From IMG/VR virus record IMGVR_UViG_3300031707_002920, positions 21,904 through 85,903 of that record: a DNA stretch of 64,000 nucleotides. One strand, 5' to 3'. The notes under the pieces were generated by a model, which saw only the letters and a program-made list of their open reading frames with translations, was not told where the DNA came from and made no database searches. Positions 26,590 through 34,344 of this stretch are shown here, piece after piece (position 1 is the first letter of the stretch; each line of letters starts with the position of its first letter). The DNA comes from a virus. Position numbers and translations under genes: made by a program.

Positions 26590-26919
26590 ATGATTCACAA
26601 ACACGATCTGCGTACCGCTATCAGCGATCTCGGGCAGGCTCTGGAGCATGTCGAGCACTATAGTGGTAGGCCGGAAGTTTTTTGCCTTAAGCAGCTTTTG
26701 GTCAATCCACTTTCGTACGCGCAGAACAATGGGAGTCGCCGGTTACATCGCACAACAGCGAAAGTGCGCAATGTCAACACAATTTTCAAGAGTCTATTTG
26801 TATTCGCTGTGGTAAAAAATTGTGATGCCACAGCGCACGTTTCGCGAGACGTTGGTTGCAATGGTCTTCTTAAATTTATTATAGGCGGCGCAAATGGCAA
26901 TTCCATTTTTCAAATGTAG
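26590..26919 (+). CDS. cassette ORF, hypothetical (3' end uncertain, reads across attC)
   Basis: GGAGG RBS before ATG 26590. Confidence 0.45.
   Translation: MIHKHDLRTAISDLGQALEHVEHYSGRPEVFCLKQLLVNPLSYAQNNGSRRLHRTTAKVRNVNTIFKSLFVFAVVKNCDATAHVSRDVGCNGLLKFIIGGANGNSIFQM
26750..26857 (+). repeat. attC-like site
   Basis: AAC-A-GCGAAA-GTGCGC...GCGCAC-G-TTTCGC-GAGAC-GTT. Confidence 0.85.
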
Positions 26920-27130
26920 TAAACATGGTGTTGTGAAGTTCAGGGTTATTCACGAGTGCGAGGTATGCGCCGCTGAAAACCGCTGTACTCAGCCCACAGA
27001 CAACCAACATACGCAGCTTGCAATTGCAGCTCTTCGCGGCGCGTTGTCTCGGTTGCCCGTCAATCTTGGCATGGTAGATCAGATATTGGTTGCCTTCGAG
27101 GAAGAGCTGCAACAGCAAGCGAGTGCGTAA
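26894..27130 (+). CDS. cassette ORF; C-terminus shared with 63336-63701
   Basis: QHTQLAIAALRGALSRLP...EELQQQASA. Confidence 0.65.
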   Translation: MAIPFFKCSKHGVVKFRVIHECEVCAAENRCTQPTDNQHTQLAIAALRGALSRLPVNLGMVDQILVAFEEELQQQASA

Positions 27131-27140
27131 AACGTTGGCC
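27002..27140 (+). repeat. attC-like site
   Basis: AAC-A-TACGCA-GCTTGC...GCAAGC-GAG-TGCGTA-AAAC-GTT. Confidence 0.85.
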
Positions 27141-27260
27141 GAAACTCCACGGCCAAAACGAATATAGATAGGCGGCATTATGCGGCCAAAGCGCCGCACT
27201 GCGCATAATCGCGGGCGTTGTACGCAATGGGCTTCTTAAATTTATTGGAGGTGGTTGCTT

Positions 27261-27497
27261 ATGTCAAAATGCAATAGTTGCGGTCGTGAGCCTCTTGAAT
27301 ATGTAACAAGGTGTGTGCGTTGCGGAGCGGCGCAACCACTGGAAAGCAGCGGTACTCAGCCCACAGACGTACAACAGCTAAAGGCCGAAATCGCCATGTG
27401 TGCGGCGTTGCTTGAGCCTTTATTCGGGGCGACTGAGGAACAAAGTAAGGTCATTACCGATGTCACGCAAAGACTGTGGCGACTATCAGCCGTTTAG
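27261..27497 (+). CDS. cassette ORF, Zn-ribbon, ends QQLKAEIA...LWRLSAV
   Basis: GGAGG RBS. Confidence 0.65.
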   Translation: MSKCNSCGREPLEYVTRCVRCGAAQPLESSGTQPTDVQQLKAEIAMCAALLEPLFGATEEQSKVITDVTQRLWRLSAV

Positions 27498-27509
27498 CAA
27501 ACGTTGTAT
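27369..27509 (+). repeat. attC-like site
   Basis: AAC-A-GCTAAA-GGCCGA...TCAGCC-G-TTTAGC-AAAC-GTT. Confidence 0.85.
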
Positions 27510-27541
27510 GCCATTTACATTTTCTCGGAGGTTATAGGCAC

Positions 27542-27763
27542 ATGGCTATATGCGGTACGAATCAATGCGTAGAGTGCGAGCTGTATATACACTGCATACG
27601 ACATGTGCGCGACGTAGTTCCGCCATGTGCAAAAAATGTAAACCAGCTAAAAGCCGAAATTCGCGCATTGCTAAACGACAATTGTGAGTTTTACGAAAGT
27701 AACGCTTCGTTAAGTAACATTAGCGCGTTTTTGTTCAAATTGCGCGAACTATCGGCTGTTTAG
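27542..27763 (+). CDS. cassette ORF, Cys-rich, ends QLKAEI...LRELSAV
   Basis: GGAGG RBS. Confidence 0.65.
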   Translation: MAICGTNQCVECELYIHCIRHVRDVVPPCAKNVNQLKAEIRALLNDNCEFYESNASLSNISAFLFKLRELSAV

Positions 27764-27776
27764 CAAATCGTTGTGC
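27637..27776 (+). repeat. attC-like site with eroded inverse core
   Basis: GCTAAA-AGCCGA...TCGGCT-G-TTTAGC-AAATC-GTT. Confidence 0.75.
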
Positions 27777-27812
27777 GCCATTAGAACCAGTCTTTATATC
27801 GAGAGGTAAAAC

Positions 27813-28046
27813 ATGTTTGCTTTGCAGTTAGTAGCACTCGTGCTGATTCTGTCTGCCGCTGCCCTCATAGTTACGATGCTTTTATTGGGTGTCGTAAGTT
27901 CGTTTTCGTCAAGTAAATGGTTCTGTACATCAATGGGTTGGCATCGTCAGCCAGACTCCATAGGCTTTGATGGCTGCTCGATGCTTGGTTGCTGTCCTCG
28001 GTGCGGCAAACATGTTTTACTGGATAGTCAAGGTAACTGGTTCTAA
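27813..28046 (+). CDS. cassette ORF, membrane-anchored Zn-ribbon
   Basis: GAGG RBS; WFC..MGWH...FDGCS...CPRCGK..L.DSQGNWF. Confidence 0.75.
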   Translation: MFALQLVALVLILSAAALIVTMLLLGVVSSFSSSKWFCTSMGWHRQPDSIGFDGCSMLGCCPRCGKHVLLDSQGNWF

Positions 28047-28077
28047 CAGCGCACAACAAATAGACAAGGAGATTTAT

Positions 28078-28386
28078 ATGGCGCGCAAGATTGTAAAGTT
28101 CGATGTTCAGCAGGTGCCGAATGATTATTGGAGTCAGTGTCACTACATATCGTGGTGTCTGTGCGACGACGGTACTATGTGGGAATTGCAAGATAATGAA
28201 AGCGCGTGGCGTCAGTTGCCTGTACCGGGGTGCGCGCCGGACACTGTGGAAGGCGCAAATTTACATCCACCAAGTGTGCCAGTTTGCCCTTCATGGTGTA
28301 AGGATACGTCAAGTGGTACGTGGGGGTGTTTGAAGGGCAAACCAGCACACATTTTGAAAGGTGGCGATCATGTCAACAGACATTAA
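28078..28386 (+). CDS. cassette-derived ORF, hypothetical
   Basis: AAGGAG RBS; degenerate inverse core TTACATCCACCAAG at 28261. Confidence 0.6.
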   Translation: MARKIVKFDVQQVPNDYWSQCHYISWCLCDDGTMWELQDNESAWRQLPVPGCAPDTVEGANLHPPSVPVCPSWCKDTSSGTWGCLKGKPAHILKGGDHVNRH

Positions 28387-28723
28387 CGTAGGTTTGGGAG
28401 AGTTTAAACTATTAGAGAGATTTGTGGTAGCTATGGAGCGAATCGCCACCAAACTGGAGGAAATCGCTCCTTCCACACCAACTAACAAAAGTGTGCCATT
28501 ATCTAAAACTAGTTATAAATTTCCAGAAACTGGAGTCTTTTTGGATATCCCTGTCAAAGCTCATTGGGTTCATAAAAATGTTAGTGAGATGAAAGAGGTC
28601 CGTATTTTTGGTAACATTTTAAAACTGGCTGAAACTTATGACATAATGATAACGCGGTCAGATTCTGAAAAATTGGTAATTTATATCGATGAGCCAGGAA
28701 AAAAATTCCGAATAAGAGGTTAA
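28370..28723 (+). CDS. cassette-derived ORF, hypothetical
   Basis: Contains attC-type peptide APSTPTNK. Confidence 0.55.
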   Translation: MSTDINVGLGEFKLLERFVVAMERIATKLEEIAPSTPTNKSVPLSKTSYKFPETGVFLDIPVKAHWVHKNVSEMKEVRIFGNILKLAETYDIMITRSDSEKLVIYIDEPGKKFRIRG

Positions 28724-28813
28724 AAGGATATTTTATGATCTGGATAGAGGTAAACAATTTGGAATTATTGTCAATGTGGAAACAATGTGTACTTTTTAGA
28801 ATTGGAGGGTGCA

Positions 28814-29089
28814 ATGAAAGTTTTGCCGTTGTGTGATACGTCTGGACACGATATGGAGATTGTTGCTGAAACAGACTTTGAGGCGGAGTGGCTTAAATGT
28901 CATTTCAAGGTTTGGCGCGGTGTAGATGGATTTGTTGATGATACAACAGTAGGTGGTGTTCGCCTCAAAGTCAAGAGCGCATGGTGGGATTGCACTAGAG
29001 CACTGGCGGAAGCGCACACACAGCCTACAACAGCGCCATGCGGTACGGGGCAGAAGCCCCAAATTGCCGAAGCGTCAACTTCCGCATAG
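28814..29089 (+). CDS. last cassette ORF, hypothetical
   Basis: GGAGG RBS; GCCTACAAC inverse core at 29023, right core degenerate (AAACTTGG). Confidence 0.65.
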   Translation: MKVLPLCDTSGHDMEIVAETDFEAEWLKCHFKVWRGVDGFVDDTTVGGVRLKVKSAWWDCTRALAEAHTQPTTAPCGTGQKPQIAEASTSA

Positions 29090-29372
29090 CGCAAACTTGG
29101 AAGAAAAATGAAACTTACATCGTTTGCGTAACTCAGGCCGGTTCGTGATGCAGCGATGCGTGTCGTTGAGGCTCAAACAGCGCCTCAATGCCGCTATTGT
29201 TTAAGCTTCATTGATGATTCTCATAAATTTATAGTTTTAAACTGTATATAGTAGCTAAAAATGTGTACAATATAAACTAATATCCCACTCAGGTATGTCG
29301 TATTTAAATACTCTGTTTGTGGTAGTTTTTAATGTAATCACATGAATATGAAAAACAAAACAGAAGAAGAAA

Positions 29373-30632
29373 ATGAAACTCGTACACAAATTTAACTATA
29401 GAAAGAAAAACATTGAGCTGGATACTTTGTGTAGAGTGTCTAATGATATCTATAATCAAGCGAATTATACCATAAAACAGGAGCTAAATAAATCTGGTAA
29501 ATGGATACGATATAACGAGCTAGACCAAATAATGAAAGTCACAGAGAATCTAGAGCACGAGATAAATTATAGGAAACTAAAAGCACAGGCGGCTCAGCAA
29601 ACATTAAGGATGCTGGATAAAAACTGGAACTCTTATTTCAGAGCACTCAAACCGTTTAAAAAGGATCCCAATAAATTTACCGGTCAACCGAGACCTCCTA
29701 GATTTCTAAAACGTGGGAGCATAAATTTACTAGTTTATACTAATCAATGCTCCCAAATAAAGGATAATAAAATAGTATTAGAAGAAAACATATCCATAGG
29801 AATACCCGAGGTAGATAAAGATTTTAGTAAATTTAATCAGATAAGAATTTTGCCGAGAAAAAATAGATATGAGATAGAGATAGTCTATAGCGTAGATTGT
29901 GCCAATTTAGAACTAGATCAGAACAATTATTTATCAATAGATTTGGGAGTCAACAATTTAGCGGCTTGTATTTCTAAAGATAAATCTTTTCTTTTAGACG
30001 GCAAACCTATTAAGTCTATAAATCAGTTTTTTAACAAAACTCTTGCAAAGAATAGATCTTTCAGAGACAAAAAAGGAGGCGGAGCATGCCGTAGAAAATC
30101 AAACGAACTAAGTAATTACAGAGAGTTTTTTATCAGGGATCAGTTTCATAAAATGACGAGGCTTCTTGTAAATTATTGCATAGTGAAAAACATTGGTACT
30201 ATAGTTTGTGGGTATAATAAGCGATGGAAAGACTCCATCGATATTGGTAAAGTTTCGAATCAGAAGTTTACCAACATACCTCATAAACTATTTTTGAAGA
30301 TGTTAAAATACAAATGTAATTTAGTAGGCATTGTGTTGATTTGTAAAGAGGAGTCATACACATCTAAGTGCGATGGACTAGCATTAGAGCCCGTAAAAAA
30401 GCACAAAGTTTACTTGGGCAAGAGGATTAAGAGAGGGCTTTTTCAGAGCTCTGTTGGAAAGCTTATCAATGCTGATATTGGTGGGTCTTTAAATACACTT
30501 AGAAAAGTAATCGGTGATGGTTCCTTTATCAGGGATCTAATCGATAGTGTGGTTCTGTTTAACCCAGTGAAGATAAGGTTTGCGGATTTAAGCTGCAAGC
30601 AGACTCTTTCAAATTTTTTGGTTAGATGTTAA
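29373..30632 (+). CDS. tnpB: TnpB (IS200/IS605, IS1341-type, no tnpA)
   Basis: YNQANY, SIDLGVNNL, EESYTSK, RIKRGLF, INADIGGSLN. Confidence 0.9.
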   Translation: MKLVHKFNYRKKNIELDTLCRVSNDIYNQANYTIKQELNKSGKWIRYNELDQIMKVTENLEHEINYRKLKAQAAQQTLRMLDKNWNSYFRALKPFKKDPNKFTGQPRPPRFLKRGSINLLVYTNQCSQIKDNKIVLEENISIGIPEVDKDFSKFNQIRILPRKNRYEIEIVYSVDCANLELDQNNYLSIDLGVNNLAACISKDKSFLLDGKPIKSINQFFNKTLAKNRSFRDKKGGGACRRKSNELSNYREFFIRDQFHKMTRLLVNYCIVKNIGTIVCGYNKRWKDSIDIGKVSNQKFTNIPHKLFLKMLKYKCNLVGIVLICKEESYTSKCDGLALEPVKKHKVYLGKRIKRGLFQSSVGKLINADIGGSLNTLRKVIGDGSFIRDLIDSVVLFNPVKIRFADLSCKQTLSNFLVRC

Positions 30633-30837
30633 AAGGTGAATACATTTTTTAACATTATTAACGAAAAGGATAACATGTCTAAAAGATATCGCAAATGTGA
30701 TGATCACGATATAAAAGATTTTTCATATCTTCTACAAACTTACGGGATTCATTGGGAAAATGCTGATAAAATTCTCAAAGCAAAGACGGCGCATGAAAAA
30801 GAAAAAAATGAAGTAAATAAGTAAGAAAGATTGTGCT

Positions 30838-31806
30838 ATGCTGCGTTGTCAAGAATCTGCGAAGCTTCAGCTCAAGCAAAGTTTCAAAAAAGTCATTCTG
30901 ATAGATGCAAATCATTTATTGAGCAGGACATTTCATGTACCGTCATTTCAAAATTTAAAAGCTACAATTGATGGCAATGAAGTGTTCACTGGCGCTACGT
31001 ACGGTTTCTTATGGTCGCTCAAAAAAATAGTAGATACACATAGGCAACTTAATGATGTATTAATAGTCGTCTGGGACGGTGGCGGTAAAAATTTCAGGCA
31101 CGAACTTAGTGCAGACTATAAAGCTACTAGGGCTAAAAAAACACCAGAATTCTTGTTCCAAGTCGGTCTGACTAGGGACGTACTGAAAACATTAGGAATA
31201 ATGCAGTGTCAGATGCCTAATACAGAAGCTGATGACATTATCGGCGTATTGACAAAGCAAGCTAGATTGAAAGGTTATAAAGTCCTCATCATTTCGGGCG
31301 ATAAGGATTTCAACCAATTAGTCAGTAACAATGTTTCAGTATTACATCCCGGTTCTGGTCAAAGTGAAGATAAATTGATGACCCCTGATGTGATTAAAGA
31401 AGAGTATGGTATTTCGCCCAATCAATTTATCGATTGGTTAACTTTACAAGGAGATGGTTCGGATAATATCGCCGGAATCGAGGGTATAGGTAAAAAGACT
31501 GCGTCAGAATTGATTCAATGTAATGGTACGATAGAGAATATAATTAGTTCTGATATTCATTACAAGTTTAATCGGAAAGGGTTAAAAAAAGAAATAAGTG
31601 ATAACTTGCAACAAAAGATAAACGCATCTAAAGATAAGCTTAAATTATCAAAACAATTAGTGACAATTAAGACGGATATAAAAGATTTAGACGTTAATGT
31701 AGAACAAAGTAAGCCAGACTTCTCTCATTTAAGAGATTTATTTAAGACGTATAAGTTTTCTACGATCTTGCAAAAATTCAATGAATTCATAACTACGTTT
31801 TCATGA
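30838..31806 (+). CDS. 5'-3' exonuclease / flap endonuclease (PolI N-terminal-like)
   Basis: LIDAN, YKATR, EADDIIG, SGDKDFNQL, GDGSDNIAGIEGIGKKTA. Confidence 0.92.
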   Translation: MLRCQESAKLQLKQSFKKVILIDANHLLSRTFHVPSFQNLKATIDGNEVFTGATYGFLWSLKKIVDTHRQLNDVLIVVWDGGGKNFRHELSADYKATRAKKTPEFLFQVGLTRDVLKTLGIMQCQMPNTEADDIIGVLTKQARLKGYKVLIISGDKDFNQLVSNNVSVLHPGSGQSEDKLMTPDVIKEEYGISPNQFIDWLTLQGDGSDNIAGIEGIGKKTASELIQCNGTIENIISSDIHYKFNRKGLKKEISDNLQQKINASKDKLKLSKQLVTIKTDIKDLDVNVEQSKPDFSHLRDLFKTYKFSTILQKFNEFITTFS

Positions 31807-31835
31807 TACAATGTTTGATCTAATAAAGAAGAAAA

Positions 31836-32027
31836 ATGTCAGAAATAATTTGTAAAGGATGCAATAGAAGAACAATAACATCACTATCTATAGGGCCCTT
31901 TGAAAAAGAAGCCATAGAATGTTATGTAGCTCTTGAAAATGGACAAATTGTTAAAGGATGTGGCTACGAACGTGCGGATATTTTTTATAAAGAACTTGCT
32001 GATAAATATTTGAAAGATAATGCGTAG
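31836..32027 (+). CDS. hypothetical protein
   Basis: ORF track. Confidence 0.55.
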   Translation: MSEIICKGCNRRTITSLSIGPFEKEAIECYVALENGQIVKGCGYERADIFYKELADKYLKDNA

Positions 32028-32208
32028 TTAAGTGCATTCAAATATTTTTTTGCGAGAATATTATCTGCATGACATCTTTGAAGCTGTTAACACTTACTAC
32101 TACGATGCAATAAAATATGTAAAATTTATAGCGCAAGCAGTATAGAATAAAACCGTAGTATAAAAGTTGGTTGTAGTATAACTTTTAACTTAACAGCAGG
32201 AGGTTTTC

Positions 32209-32586
32209 ATGGCTAAAGAAGGGAAAGTCAAGAAACAACGTCGGTCAAAGGCTGAACAATTCCGTATGCCTGATCTCATTACGGTTGTTCAAGATGTAAC
32301 CAGTCTTTCACGTCGTGAGTCGAAAGTAGCTATTCAGGCTGTGGTTTATGCTATTAAGAAAGGTTTGATAGAGAAAGGTTACGTAAAGATCCCAGGTTTT
32401 GGCAAGTTTGTCAAGATTCATAAGAAAGCTACAGAGCGCAAATCATTCGGTAAAATGACCAAGATTCCTGAAAAAGATGTTGTGAAATTCCGCCCGCTAA
32501 AGAGTCTGAAGCTGCTTGTCAACGGTGCTATTGAGCTTGAAAAGTATGTTGAAGAAGAAGAGACAGCCGGCGACGACAAAAAGTAA
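32209..32586 (+). CDS. HU/IHF-family DNA-binding protein
   Basis: VKIPGFGKF...IP.K.VVKFRP.KSLK. Confidence 0.88.
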   Translation: MAKEGKVKKQRRSKAEQFRMPDLITVVQDVTSLSRRESKVAIQAVVYAIKKGLIEKGYVKIPGFGKFVKIHKKATERKSFGKMTKIPEKDVVKFRPLKSLKLLVNGAIELEKYVEEEETAGDDKK

Positions 32587-32617
32587 ATTGATCCTTAAAG
32601 ATTAACATCGATTCACA

Positions 32618-32650
32618 AAGGCTGGTGCATTTTTGCATCAGCTTTTTTTT
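32618..32650 (+). terminator. intrinsic terminator
   Basis: GCTGGTGCA...TGCATCAGCTTTTTTT. Confidence 0.75.
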
Positions 32651-32749
32651 CGTAAAGTAGAAGACCAAAATTGTAAAGAATTTTCTTAAATTATGAAGCA
32701 GGAATCTTGAATGCTTCCAATAAGCACTTAGAAAGTAGCAGGTTTTTGA

Positions 32750-33754
32750 ATGAATGAATTTAATTGTACAATGGCAACTTCATTTGAGCACGCATATATT
32801 CAGGCAATTGATGCATTAATGAGACTAGGTCAGACGTCATATCCAAGAGGTTTGGAAACAAAAGAATTAATATCATATATGCTTGGATTTGAAAATTCTA
32901 GAAAACGGTTGATATTTAATCCTGAAAGAAAAATCAATTTGGCTTTTATGCTCGCAGAATGTTTATGGATTATGAACGGTCGCGAAGATGTCGACATGAT
33001 TTCATTTTATAATTCAAAAATTAGTCAATTTTCAGATAATAGTCACACTTTTCATGGTGCTTACGGACCAAGACTTCGAAGATTACCTGATAAAAATCTA
33101 ATACCTCTTGACCAATTTCGATTAGTCATTGATAAATTAAAATCTGATTCTGATAGTCGACAAGCTATTTGCAACATATTTTTAGCAGGATCAGATTATG
33201 TTATTACAAAAGATGTACCATGCACGATAAGCTTTCAATTTTTACTTAGACGTAATAAATTGAACATGATAGCTAGCATGCGATCGAACGATGTACTTTT
33301 GGGGCTTAGCACTGACGTATATAATTTTTCGACAATTCAAGAAGTGATGGCTTCAGAGCTTGAAGTTGAACTGGGTTGGTATTATCACGTCGATGGTTCG
33401 TTACACATTTACAAAAAAGATTTTGAATGGGCGCAAAGAATATTAGCTAATAGTAGCAGAACAGTCAGCGAAATATTAGAAATGCCGCCGATGCCGACAC
33501 ATTCTCTACAATATGTGAAAATGCTCGGCGAATTTGAAGAACAGTTAAGGACTCGGACTGTGTTTATGGACGATTTGCCAGAATATTGGCATAAATGGTT
33601 GTTAGTGTTTGCGTGTTATAAATATCTTAAAGAAAATAATATTGATAAAGCAGAAGATTGTAATGACCGTATTGGTAAAGATCATCCATTTTATGTTTTT
33701 ATGAAGAGGAGTATTGATAGAAAACTTGCAAAACGAGCAGGTGAACATGAATGA
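32750..33754 (+). CDS. thymidylate synthase-fold enzyme, probable dCMP hydroxymethylase
   Basis: GAYGPR, DSRQA, DVPCT, MRSND...GLSTD (Asp at specificity position), SLHIY. Confidence 0.8.
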   Translation: MNEFNCTMATSFEHAYIQAIDALMRLGQTSYPRGLETKELISYMLGFENSRKRLIFNPERKINLAFMLAECLWIMNGREDVDMISFYNSKISQFSDNSHTFHGAYGPRLRRLPDKNLIPLDQFRLVIDKLKSDSDSRQAICNIFLAGSDYVITKDVPCTISFQFLLRRNKLNMIASMRSNDVLLGLSTDVYNFSTIQEVMASELEVELGWYYHVDGSLHIYKKDFEWAQRILANSSRTVSEILEMPPMPTHSLQYVKMLGEFEEQLRTRTVFMDDLPEYWHKWLLVFACYKYLKENNIDKAEDCNDRIGKDHPFYVFMKRSIDRKLAKRAGEHE

Positions 33755-33948
33755 TTCATTTTTAACAGCACTTACAGCACTTTTTAAAAAATATTCAAAA
33801 AAACAATTAGCGACAATGTCATTTGTAGAATTTACGATCTTGCGAGCGGGAAAGCCCACGACTTCAGTCGTGGGATGAAAGCGAGCAATAGATAAGTCGA
33901 ACTCTTCTATGAAAATATAGTATATTAGATAAACGGGAGGTATCTAAT

Positions 33949-34344
33949 ATGCCAAGATGGGACAAGTCAAACAAGGCGACCTATAATTTGGGATACCACT
34001 TAATCTGGTGCCCCAAGTACCGACGCAAAGTCTTGGTTGGAGATGTAGAGAAAAGACTCAAAGAGCTGTTCCATGAAAAGGCAAAGGAGCTTTCTATTTC
34101 TATTGAGAAAATGGAAGTCATGCCCGATCATGTTCATCTTTTCGTTAAATGCTCTCCAGTCAATTCTCCTCATCTGATCGTAAAGCACCTCAAGGGATAC
34201 AGTTCGAGAGTGATGAGGATAGAGTTCCCAAAATTGAAATCAAGACTCCCGTCACTGTGGACCCGATCCTACTACTGTGAATCGATAGGTCACATTTCAG
34301 AAGAGACAATCAAAAAGTACATCGACGACCAAAAGAACAAATGA
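33949..34344 (+). CDS. tnpA: Y1 HUH transposase
   Basis: YHLIWCPKYRR, PDHVH, LWTRSYY, YIDDQ. Confidence 0.95.
   Translation: MPRWDKSNKATYNLGYHLIWCPKYRRKVLVGDVEKRLKELFHEKAKELSISIEKMEVMPDHVHLFVKCSPVNSPHLIVKHLKGYSSRVMRIEFPKLKSRLPSLWTRSYYCESIGHISEETIKKYIDDQKNK

Larger units (their letters stand above)
18783..29100 (+). mobile_element. integron-like gene cassette array (~28 cassettes, no integrase in window)
   Basis: Co-oriented short ORFs each bounded by GTT core and AAC inverse core; cores at 18783, 19079, 19381, 19786, 20068, 20476, 20989, 21274, 21815, 22122, 22483, 22817 (GGT), 23091, 23550, 24088, 24377, 24661, 25229, 26198, 26551, 26851, 27134, 27217, 27503, 27770. Confidence 0.88.

Noticed and set aside
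19053-28333. Alternative-frame and minus-strand ORFs in the array
   Set aside because: Lack RBS and cross cassette boundaries; expected in GC-richer DNA.
18783-29100. CRISPR array or simple tandem repeat
   Set aside because: Units are mostly ~270-570 bp and contain ORFs; repeats are structurally, not sequence, conserved; no cas genes.
18783-29100. Hairpins as intrinsic terminators or REP elements
   Set aside because: No U-tracts; conserved AAC/GTT ends, a fixed bulge, and cassette-specific end complementarity are not explained by terminators.
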